From NCBI GenBank assembly GCA_045534635.1, contig JAZSKB010000019.1, positions 16,562 through 80,561 of the forward strand: DNA of 64,000 nt. The letters run 5' to 3'. This document shows, in pieces, positions 45,631-54,323 of the stretch (position 1 is the first letter of the stretch; the number at the start of each line of letters is the position of its first letter). This DNA is from Bacteroidales bacterium. Its GTDB lineage: Bacteria; Bacteroidota; Bacteroidia; Bacteroidales; WCHB1-69. The translations under genes were made by a program, and so were the position numbers. The notes below the pieces were generated by a model. The model was not told the DNA's origin, did not search any database, and was given only the letters and a program-made list of their open reading frames with translations.

Positions 45631-48600
45631 TCATTTCAAATATTTCTCCAAAATTTTCTTCTTTCTTTCGGCACAGCCTGCCATTACGGCTTTTGCTTTT
45701 GAAATCTCGGCTTCGTAGGTTTCGATTTCTGAAACGATGCGCTGTTGTTCGGCAATGGGGGGAACGGGGATTTGAAGATTAAGTAATTTTTTTTGTGTCA
45801 ATTGATTTATTGACATTGTTGCTGTCAAGTTGGACAACTGATTGTAGTAATGTTCAGTTTGCATCCACAGATATATCCACTTGCCTATTTCACTACGGCA
45901 AATTGCCATAAATGTACCAAATGCCATAGGTTCTGAAAGATTGTTTATAAATGCTGACTTGCCCAATAATCTTTTAGAACCATTTCTTACACATACCAAA
46001 ACATCTCCATTTTGTACAAAACAACGATTCGGAATATCACAATTAACCCTAATTACATCATTGAAATCTAAAACAGCATCTTGTATGTTTGAAGAACGCA
46101 ACACAATTGTACCGAGATTTGATACATCTTCAGGTTTATATGTTAATCCAATATATGATTCACATACATCACCCAACTTCTTCATTTCCCCTTTCACATT
46201 CACCATTGTTTCCGCAATCTTCTTCTTGTACTCCTCCACCGTCATTCGGCTTTGGTTGTATTCTTCATCAACCTTTTCACATTCGGAAACGATTTGATGT
46301 TGAATGTCCTCATCAACATCTGGAATTTGTATGAGTTTCAAATCGTCGGGATACACGTGCGGCTGTGCAGAACCTTTCTGCAAATAAAAAATCTGATTTT
46401 GAATGGATAGAAGGAAATTGTACAAAAACAGTGTGTGCAAGTCGTTCTTTCCTCTCACAGTTGTACAATCCGATGCAAAAATTGGTTCACGCCAAAAATT
46501 GACGAATCCCGCATTTGCACCGCTTGCACTGATTGTGATTGTATTTGCAGGTCTGTTTGCCTCGTTGTGTAGATAAGCATAATCTGTACCACCTGCAACT
46601 ACTTTGATGTTTCCTTCCTTAGTTTGTGCAGATGTGATTGATTTCCCTTTCAAAACTTCCGCAATATCCCCCAACTTCACAAGCAGGAACTTACTCTCAA
46701 TCTCAATCTTTTGGGATGCTGAAGTTTTAATTTGCTTATCGAATGATACACGAGTAAAATCAAGCATATCAACCAATTTATATATTGAGACAAAAGGCAT
46801 AAGTTGTTCGGGAATGTTCGACGCACCATTTTGAAAATTTTGTCTAATAACAGAATTGATTTTTTCTGAATCTAACAAATTATGTGGATTGAATAATGGT
46901 GTTTGTATGCTGTTTATGCCCTTATTGCGTGCGATTTCATTTTCATTGTCATCGTCATCGCCGATATTGGAACCAAGATATTTTATACCTTCATTACCTT
47001 TTGCTCCGCTCCATTCATAGCCTAAAAATCGTTTGTTAGCTTTGCTGTCAGCAGGCGATTTCACTACCACAACTGGTTGGGGATTGCTTTTAGCCAACAT
47101 AAAATAATAGAGTTTGTCTTTTTCTCTCTCACAAATAGCGGAATGAACATATTTATTCAATTCGTTTTGACAATCTTCTTCTTTGTACTTTGCTGTAATT
47201 TTCTTATTTTTTTTAATTGATTTAGCATTTGTGTCATTTTCGAAGATTTGACAATATTCCTTAAAAATATCGTAATCCATCAATGATTTTGTATTAATTG
47301 TACTATCAAACAAAGTTTTATATGTATTTACTGGCACATTAATATGTTGACAATACGCTTCCAATAGTGAGTAATCTTCAAAAACTTCATTTTTAGTTTC
47401 ATCACCATTAAACCACGAATCTACCCTATTCTTGTAATGTTCAGCAAGACTTGGGTTTACAGCTTTTCGACGTAAAAACAAGGTAACCGTGTTTGTCCCC
47501 GTTTTTCCGAAAGTACCAGTACCAAACTCTGCAATAGCCACAATGTCAAAATGCTGCAGTATTATTTCTCGACATTTTATGTAAATATTTCCGTTACTCA
47601 ACACCGACGAAGGCAGAATGATTGCAGCCACACCACCAATTTTCAATAGTTGTGCGGCTCGTTCTACAAAAAATGTCTCAATAGAATTATTTTTGGCAAT
47701 ATCGCTTACCACACCAATAAGTTCAAATTTAGAGCGTTCTTCTTCTGTCAGAGTTTCCAAAAATCCCTTCACACTATAAGGCGGATTGGCAACCAATACC
47801 GAGAATGTATTGTTTTTCACTTCTTTAATATTGGAAAGGGCATCTGCATAAATAATCTTAATGTCATCTTGTCCATACATGAAAGAAGCCACTTTCGACA
47901 CTTTCGACAAGCGGTATTCTTTTTCAATGCCCACAATTGCTCCATAATAATCAGAAAGATTACCATTTTTGGCTATAACGAATGATTTGATTTGTTCTGC
48001 ATATTCATTGAGAAAATGACCTGCACCACAGGCATAATCAATCACTTGTGGTATTTCAGTTTCGTCAATAATTTGTTGTAGTGGCAACGATGAAATCAAA
48101 AATTTCACAATTGGTGTGGGTGTAAAAAATTGTCCTTCGCTTTGCTTTACGCCTTGGTCGAGGAATCCTTCGAACAAATCACCCAAAAATTGATTTTGTG
48201 TTTCTGTTTTCAATTTAATGTCTTGCAACATTTTTACAATTTTGAGCAAAACAGCTGAATTTTGATAAAACAAATGCTCGTTGTGAACATCAATAAAGGC
48301 AAAATCGTTATTGGTAAAAAATTTCAGTTGGCGGAAGTATTCCAAAATAGTTTTCTTGGTAGCATCCGGGTCGTTTTTGAACAAACGAAAAGCATATTCA
48401 ACTTCCTCATTATCTATATACGTTACATCTTCACCAAGAAACTTCTCCATTCCAATCTTGTATAGTTTCTGCAAACGGTCTTGTAAATGAAAATAATCAT
48501 CGTATGCTGTGCCTTTCCAATAAAAATCGAGAGATTCAGGATTGTTTGTTTCGTCAACAACTTTTGCAAGGAACAAATTGACTAATTTATCAAACGCATT

Positions 48601-49422
48601 TTCATGTCCACTTACATTGTGCTGTCGAAGTATAGTTGCAAACTCATTATATTTTTTTTGCATACTTTCGCTGTCAATCTCTACTAAATCAGAAATAGAA
48701 TACTTGTTTTTCCCTATTTCGTAAGCCGCGATGTCAGGCTCAAAAAGCCCACGTGTGGACGAATCTTGCTGGTACGTTTCTTTCCATGTAGCAAAGAGTT
48801 CCTTGTTATTTTTGGAATCCCTATAAGTTTTTGGTTCTTTTATGTTTACAAGTAAATCATCATTATCTTGTACATTGATAAGATGGTATTCGTTTTTAAT
48901 TTTATCATCAACGAAATCACTCGTGTAAAGACAAAGAAATTTAGTGGCACGTTCTTGCTGAAAATAACTGAATAATTGCGCACCATCATCTAATGTATCT
49001 TTCCAAGCATCATTAAACTCTCCATCAGCAGTTTTACATTCTATAATCAAAAGCGATTCTTTCTCTTCGGTTTCCTTATCATCAATCTTTTTGAATGTTC
49101 GAACCCAAATATCAGCACGCCCACTTTTTGCATTATGCCCTAATTTCCAACGAGGTTCTAATTCTATATGGTTAGGTTGATAACCTTTTTCAAGCAAGCG
49201 ATTTACACACTCTAATACCACGAAGTTTTCTTGGGTTGACAAATTACAAGTTTGACATTCGTTTACCACAAAACCTTTAGTTTTAGGATATTCTATTTCC
49301 CCTTTTTTGATATCTATCCTTATATCACAATTTACTTTTTCGTAGTGCTTGCTATATCTATTCCCCTGTTTTGTAAATCCAAGATATTCCAACACCTTGA
49401 CGAAATTCTCTTTTGTTATCAT
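45631..49422 (-). CDS. single-chain restriction-modification-specificity fusion (Type IIB, AloI/CjeI-like architecture)
   Basis: 1263 aa counted from MITKENF. N-terminal PD-(D/E)xK-like motif (GRADIWV...LLIIECK), gamma-class N6-adenine MTase motifs (VIDYACGAGHFL, LVANPPYS), and two C-terminal HsdS-like TRDs with conserved helices (PDVDEDIQHQIVSECEKVDEEY and IPVPPIAEQQRIVSEIETYEAEISKAK). No helicase motifs. Confidence 0.75.
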   Translation of the reverse strand: MITKENFVKVLEYLGFTKQGNRYSKHYEKVNCDIRIDIKKGEIEYPKTKGFVVNECQTCNLSTQENFVVLECVNRLLEKGYQPNHIELEPRWKLGHNAKSGRADIWVRTFKKIDDKETEEKESLLIIECKTADGEFNDAWKDTLDDGAQLFSYFQQERATKFLCLYTSDFVDDKIKNEYHLINVQDNDDLLVNIKEPKTYRDSKNNKELFATWKETYQQDSSTRGLFEPDIAAYEIGKNKYSISDLVEIDSESMQKKYNEFATILRQHNVSGHENAFDKLVNLFLAKVVDETNNPESLDFYWKGTAYDDYFHLQDRLQKLYKIGMEKFLGEDVTYIDNEEVEYAFRLFKNDPDATKKTILEYFRQLKFFTNNDFAFIDVHNEHLFYQNSAVLLKIVKMLQDIKLKTETQNQFLGDLFEGFLDQGVKQSEGQFFTPTPIVKFLISSLPLQQIIDETEIPQVIDYACGAGHFLNEYAEQIKSFVIAKNGNLSDYYGAIVGIEKEYRLSKVSKVASFMYGQDDIKIIYADALSNIKEVKNNTFSVLVANPPYSVKGFLETLTEEERSKFELIGVVSDIAKNNSIETFFVERAAQLLKIGGVAAIILPSSVLSNGNIYIKCREIILQHFDIVAIAEFGTGTFGKTGTNTVTLFLRRKAVNPSLAEHYKNRVDSWFNGDETKNEVFEDYSLLEAYCQHINVPVNTYKTLFDSTINTKSLMDYDIFKEYCQIFENDTNAKSIKKNKKITAKYKEEDCQNELNKYVHSAICEREKDKLYYFMLAKSNPQPVVVVKSPADSKANKRFLGYEWSGAKGNEGIKYLGSNIGDDDDNENEIARNKGINSIQTPLFNPHNLLDSEKINSVIRQNFQNGASNIPEQLMPFVSIYKLVDMLDFTRVSFDKQIKTSASQKIEIESKFLLVKLGDIAEVLKGKSITSAQTKEGNIKVVAGGTDYAYLHNEANRPANTITISASGANAGFVNFWREPIFASDCTTVRGKNDLHTLFLYNFLLSIQNQIFYLQKGSAQPHVYPDDLKLIQIPDVDEDIQHQIVSECEKVDEEYNQSRMTVEEYKKKIAETMVNVKGEMKKLGDVCESYIGLTYKPEDVSNLGTIVLRSSNIQDAVLDFNDVIRVNCDIPNRCFVQNGDVLVCVRNGSKRLLGKSAFINNLSEPMAFGTFMAICRSEIGKWIYLWMQTEHYYNQLSNLTATMSINQLTQKKLLNLQIPVPPIAEQQRIVSEIETYEAEISKAKAVMAGCAERKKKILEKYLK

Positions 49423-49456
49423 CGTTCGCCATTTTACGAACTCTCCGCCTCTCAAC

Positions 49457-49645
49457 AATAAGCAAAAAAAAGGCGTAAACCGCTTCGTTTGATTGCTTAT
49501 TTCGACTGTGGCGTCTGGAATTTGCCTTGTAAGTAAATAAGCACGAAACGGCTCACGCCGAAGCGTGAACCCATCGCTTACTTATTCTCACTTACATTAT
49601 AGTTTTCCAGACTTTCAGCCGGAGAATAAGAGCGTAAAGCTCAGT
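49457..49645 (-). ncRNA. candidate structured RNA / structured leader (class unknown)
   Basis: Six nested helices, given in plus-strand coordinates: 49496-501/49625-30, 49504-08/49616-20, 49513-20/49605-12, 49529-34/49590-95, 49536-41/49581-86 and 49550-58/49563-71. The apex reads C(UUCG)G on the minus strand. Two of the pairs are G-U on the minus strand but A-C mismatches on the plus strand. 49501-49560 has 30 of 60 G+C by hand count, in an AT-rich genome. Confidence 0.5.
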
Positions 49646-49716
49646 ATATTAATAAATTATTTTATCTATATCATTTATGCTTTTTAAGGTTATCAGTAAT
49701 TTGAAAAGAAAAACTA

Positions 49717-50574
49717 TTATAAATAAGTTTTCAAACGTTTAGAACCATTTTTTCTTAACTTTTTCAAGGCTTTTTCTTTCAATTGTCTTGCCCCTTCACG
49801 AGTTATACAAAAATGTTCGCTAATTTCGTCCAATGTATATTCATGACTTTTACCAATACCAAAAAACATACATATCAATTCTCTTTCTCTTTCGTCTAAT
49901 ATTTCCAAAGTACGAGCGATTTCTCCGTCCAACGATTCTTTCAAAAGTAAACTATCTGTACGTGTAGCGTCTTCACTTATAAAAGTATCTATAAAAACGG
50001 TATCATCTTCATTGTTGATTGGAGCGTCCATAGAGATATGTCTTGTTGAAATTTTTACAATTTCAGCAATTTTATCTGGAGCCAAATCTATTACTTCTGC
50101 AATTTCTTCAATTGTTGGAGGACGATTGTAAATTTGTTCTAAACGAGATATTTCTTTTTTGATTCTATTGACTGCACCCAATTGATTGACAGGTAAACGA
50201 ACTATTCTTGATTGGTCTGCAATTGCATGCGAAATAGATTGACGAATCCACCAAACGGCATAAGATATAAATTTAAATCCTCTTGTTTCATCAAATCTTT
50301 GTGCTGCTTTCATCAAACCGAGATTACCTTCATTTATCAAATCTTGCAATCCTAATCCTTGATTTTGATATTGTTTTGCCACAGAAACAACAAATCGCAA
50401 ATTGGCTTTTACCAATTTATCCAATGCTTCTTTGTTGCCTCTTTTAATTTCTTGGGCTAATTTCACCTCTTCTTCTGGACTTATCATCTGCTCTTTTGAA
50501 ATGTCTTGTAAATACTTTTCAAAAGAGGTGTTATCCCTATTGGTGATAGAATGTGATATTTTTAATTGTCTCAT
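49717..50574 (-). CDS. rpoD: primary RNA polymerase sigma factor (Bacteroidota sigma-AB type)
   Basis: 285 aa with regions 2-4 present (NLRFVVSVAKQYQNQGL, YAVWWIRQSI, LDEISEHFCITREGARQLKEKAL). Confidence 0.9.
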   Translation of the reverse strand: MRQLKISHSITNRDNTSFEKYLQDISKEQMISPEEEVKLAQEIKRGNKEALDKLVKANLRFVVSVAKQYQNQGLGLQDLINEGNLGLMKAAQRFDETRGFKFISYAVWWIRQSISHAIADQSRIVRLPVNQLGAVNRIKKEISRLEQIYNRPPTIEEIAEVIDLAPDKIAEIVKISTRHISMDAPINNEDDTVFIDTFISEDATRTDSLLLKESLDGEIARTLEILDERERELICMFFGIGKSHEYTLDEISEHFCITREGARQLKEKALKKLRKNGSKRLKTYL

Positions 50575-50695
50575 AAACTACAACTTAGTTAAACTTACAT
50601 TTATATTTAATAACATCTATAGCGTTTGTATTATTATTAATACGAATTCCCTTTGCACTTTCAGGTCTTGATACTAAAAAAACTTTTAATCAAAA

Positions 50696-52105
50696 TTACA
50701 TTCTGACATTATAATAACACATATAACTTACGCCATTTCCGGGGTAAAAGCCTTCTATTAACGTATTGCCTTCTTTGTCTGCGAGTATTGTCTCAATATC
50801 TTGTTCCGACTTGACCGATATTTTATCTATAGCAGTAATTACAAATCCTAATTGTACACCTGCCGATTTCAATAAACCATCGTGGAGTTGGACAACTCGA
50901 ACACCATTGATTCGATACCGCAACCTTGTTGCTTGGTCAATTGGCTCAACTTTTACTCCTAATATAGATAACGCAACTTGTGTATTATTTCGTATAATTT
51001 CTGTTGTTCCTTTTTTATTTTTTAATATTACATTGATTTTCAATTGTTTGTTTTCTCTCAATATAGAACAAACCACTTCATCTCCCGGTATATGTTGTTC
51101 TAATATCTCTTTTAATTCGGAATAAGAATTCACTTCTTTCCCATTTATTTTTTGCAAAATATCTCCATCTTGTATGCCAGCATCTGCTGCGGCTTTACCA
51201 TTTTCTACATTTAATATTTGAATACCTTTTAGGCTTTGCATATTTTGTTCTATTGCTGTTTTGGCATTTATTTCCATAAATGAGGCTCCAAAAGAAACAT
51301 GTTGTACTCGTCCATATTTTTGCAAATCATTGACTACTTTTTTCACAATATTTACAGGAATTGCAAACGAATATCCGGTATAAGAACCTGTATTTGATGC
51401 TATTGCAGCATTTATACCTATCAATTCACCTTTGGTATTCACCAAGGCTCCCCCACTATTGCCACTATTTACTGCAGCATCGGTTTGTATATACGATGAT
51501 ACTTGATTATTATCGCTTAACATATTTAAATTGCGGGCTTTAGCACTAACAATTCCTGCTGTTACTGTTGAGGTCAAATTAAATGGATTGCCAACTGCTA
51601 ACACCCATTCGCCTATACGCACTTCATCGGAATTGCCATAAGCAACAAAATGTAAATGATTTTCATTTATTTTCAACAATGCCAAATCATTTTGAGCATC
51701 TCTTCCTACTAATTGGGCTTCAAAAACACGTTTATCGTTTAACGTGATAGTTATTTTTCTGGCTCCTTCCACCACATGATTATTGGTTACTATATAACCA
51801 TCACTACTTATTATCACCCCTGAACCATAGGCTTGATAAACTTGTGATTGCTGTTGCGGATTGAAAAAATTGAAAAATGGGTCTTTAAAAAACAAATCCC
51901 ATGTGCTATGTTTTTGTTCCATTTCTGCACTTATATGCACTACTGCATTTATGGTTCGTTCTGCAGCATAAGTAAAATCTACATATCCTCCTGCTACATT
52001 ATTTTGCTTTGATTGTGATTGGGCACAACCATATTGTACAAAAGTCAATAACAAAAGCCCTATCACACATAAACTTCTGATTTTTAACACTTTTACTGTC
52101 TTCAT
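50696..52105 (-). CDS. HtrA/DegP/DegQ family periplasmic serine protease
   Basis: Signal peptide, a trypsin-like domain with GNSGGALVN, and C-terminal PDZ domain(s). Confidence 0.85.
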   Translation of the reverse strand: MKTVKVLKIRSLCVIGLLLLTFVQYGCAQSQSKQNNVAGGYVDFTYAAERTINAVVHISAEMEQKHSTWDLFFKDPFFNFFNPQQQSQVYQAYGSGVIISSDGYIVTNNHVVEGARKITITLNDKRVFEAQLVGRDAQNDLALLKINENHLHFVAYGNSDEVRIGEWVLAVGNPFNLTSTVTAGIVSAKARNLNMLSDNNQVSSYIQTDAAVNSGNSGGALVNTKGELIGINAAIASNTGSYTGYSFAIPVNIVKKVVNDLQKYGRVQHVSFGASFMEINAKTAIEQNMQSLKGIQILNVENGKAAADAGIQDGDILQKINGKEVNSYSELKEILEQHIPGDEVVCSILRENKQLKINVILKNKKGTTEIIRNNTQVALSILGVKVEPIDQATRLRYRINGVRVVQLHDGLLKSAGVQLGFVITAIDKISVKSEQDIETILADKEGNTLIEGFYPGNGVSYMCYYNVRM

Positions 52106-52264
52106 TTTTATTATTTTATTTAAAATACGTATTTCTTAGCAAAATGTTTCATTAATATTTATCTAATTTATAAAATAATCTATCTGATAATCAGGTAATT
52201 AAAAATATTATGAATTTTTTTAAAAAAAAATACACTTTTATATCTTTTATTTAAAAAAAAATAT

Positions 52265-52272
52265 TACCTTTG
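52265..52272 (+). promoter_or_regulatory. Bacteroidota -7 promoter element (TACCTTTG)
   Basis: 42 nt upstream of the ATG at 52315. Confidence 0.5.
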
Positions 52273-52314
52273 CAAACACAAATAAATTAAGTAATAACTA
52301 AATATTCTATTAAG

Positions 52315-53046
52315 ATGAAAAAATTTATCCTTTTATTATCAATCGTTGCTTGCTTCGGCATCGCTAAATCTCAAACAGTAAGTGAGGCTATATTTCTCAC
52401 ACCAAATGGTTTGATGGACACTTTGGGTTTAATCCTAGAATCTTTCCCAGCACAAGGGGGATATAAAATTTCTCAATTAGGGTTAACAGGCTTCTCTTCC
52501 GCAATTGTTATCCAAAACAACACCGAAAACGATATGTCAGCAGGTGATTCTATTAAAGTTGAAATGAAATACAACGGTCAACAAATGGTAACTTGGACAT
52601 TAACTTTATCAGAAAAACTAGAAAAAGACTCTCTCACTGCTTTCAAATTAAATGAATATATTCTAATTGGTGGTATTTCAAAAGAAGGATATAATAGCAT
52701 TTGTTACAATGTTGTACAATACAACGAAACTCCTGTTACTACCGATGAAGGTGATTGCACTGGTATACATTACACACTTAAAGAAGCCCCTACATCTATA
52801 TCAGAAAACACATTAGAAAGTGTAAAAGTATATCCAAACCCTGTTCGCAATATGTTAAATATAGATAATCTATCAACAGAAGCAAACATCAGTATTTACA
52901 ATATGGCAGGACAATTGGTAATATCTGAACAAGCAGTTAGTGGAACAAATTCTATCGATTTATCATCATTATCTGCAGGTTTATACATTGTTAGAATGCA
53001 AGATGGTAACAATGTTCGCACAGAAAAAGTACAAGTAATTAAATAA
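52315..53046 (+). CDS. T9SS C-terminal sorting domain-containing secreted protein
   Basis: Signal peptide and a C-terminal VKVYPNPVRNMLNI...LSAGLYIVRMQDGNNVRTEKVQVIK. Confidence 0.7.
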   Translation: MKKFILLLSIVACFGIAKSQTVSEAIFLTPNGLMDTLGLILESFPAQGGYKISQLGLTGFSSAIVIQNNTENDMSAGDSIKVEMKYNGQQMVTWTLTLSEKLEKDSLTAFKLNEYILIGGISKEGYNSICYNVVQYNETPVTTDEGDCTGIHYTLKEAPTSISENTLESVKVYPNPVRNMLNIDNLSTEANISIYNMAGQLVISEQAVSGTNSIDLSSLSAGLYIVRMQDGNNVRTEKVQVIK

Positions 53047-53124
53047 TAACATAACTTTATTTAAATACGTGTATTTTTTACACAAAAAATGTAAATTTTT
53101 GGTTTAAAATAATGTTTTTTTTAC

Positions 53125-53149
53125 AGGGGGCATTAGCCCCCTTTTTTTC
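53125..53149 (+). terminator. intrinsic terminator
   Basis: AGGGGGC-ATTA-GCCCCCT followed by a T7 run. Confidence 0.75.
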
Positions 53150-53194
53150 TTATAAATATTATAAAAAATACATAGAAAAAACAAAAAAAAATGC

Positions 53195-53202
53195 TACCTT
53201 TG
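53195..53202 (+). promoter_or_regulatory. Bacteroidota -7 promoter element (TACCTTTG)
   Basis: 22 nt upstream of the terC-family ATG. Confidence 0.5.
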
Positions 53203-53224
53203 CATTTTAAAACAAACAATAAAA

Positions 53225-54277
53225 ATGCATGAGATATTAATATTAGTAGCATTTCTACTATTCATTGCTGTGATATTGGCATTAGACCTTGGCGTTTTCA
53301 ACAAAAAAAGTCATATTGTATCCCTTAAAGAATCCCTCATTTTTACATGTTGTTGGGTCGGATTAGCACTTATTTTCTTTATTTTATTGCGTTTTTTTGG
53401 AGATATGCTCCACGGAATAAACGATATGACAACATTAGAAGCGGTCAATATCAAACATGGGCATAATATAGCCTTTAAAGATGGAGTTGATTTTGCTACA
53501 AACTTACAACTCTATAGAAATCAATTATCTATGGAATTTTTAACTGGCTACATTATCGAATATGCAATGTCTATTGACAATATTTTTGTTATACTACTCA
53601 TTTTCAGTAGTTTCGGAGTTCAACAAAAATATTATCATCGCGTATTGTTCTGGGGAATCTTGGGAGCGATAATCATGCGTTTCTTATTCATCTTCGCCAT
53701 TTCCGAATTGATACATCAATTTGAATGGATATTGGTTGTATTTGGTATTGTATTGATTTACACTGCAATAAAAATGTTTATCAATAGAAACAAAGACGAA
53801 AAAGTTGACCCACAAAATCATAAAGTAGTAAAATTTGTTAGCAAACATTTTGCAGTAACACCAGATTTTAGAGAACAAAAATTCTTTATCAAAGAAAATG
53901 GCAAAAAATACATCACACCATTATTTTTGGTACTATTAGTAATAGAATTTTCAGATGTAATATTTGCAGTTGATTCTGTTCCTGCTATATTTTCTGTTAC
54001 CAAAGACCAATATATTGTATTTTTCTCCAACATATTTGCAATTATAGGCTTAAGGTCGTTGTTTTTCTTATTGAGTAGTATTGTTAATTTGTTCCACTAT
54101 CTAAAACACGGACTAAGTATTTTGTTAGCCTTTGTAGGAGTAAAAATGCTTTTAGAAGTGTTTGAACTTGCCCATATTTCAACAGGATTTTCTTTATTAT
54201 TTATACTTTCAACATTAATCGTTTGTATTTTATTATCAGTAATTTTCCCACAAAAAGCAAAAATAAAAAATTCATAA
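53225..54277 (+). CDS. TerC/Alx family integral membrane protein
   Basis: Polytopic membrane protein with the EYAMSIDNIFVILLIF and FAVDSVPAIF motifs. Confidence 0.8.
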   Translation: MHEILILVAFLLFIAVILALDLGVFNKKSHIVSLKESLIFTCCWVGLALIFFILLRFFGDMLHGINDMTTLEAVNIKHGHNIAFKDGVDFATNLQLYRNQLSMEFLTGYIIEYAMSIDNIFVILLIFSSFGVQQKYYHRVLFWGILGAIIMRFLFIFAISELIHQFEWILVVFGIVLIYTAIKMFINRNKDEKVDPQNHKVVKFVSKHFAVTPDFREQKFFIKENGKKYITPLFLVLLVIEFSDVIFAVDSVPAIFSVTKDQYIVFFSNIFAIIGLRSLFFLLSSIVNLFHYLKHGLSILLAFVGVKMLLEVFELAHISTGFSLLFILSTLIVCILLSVIFPQKAKIKNS

Positions 54278-54323
54278 GCAATTACAATAAATCAAATATT
54301 AATATTTAAATAAATTATTTACA

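Noticed and set aside
53047-53224. Looked for a yybP-ykoY (manganese) riboswitch upstream of the TerC-family gene
   Set aside because: The promoter motif is only 22 nt from the ATG. The upstream DNA is AT-rich apart from the previous gene's terminator, so there is no room for or sign of a structured leader.
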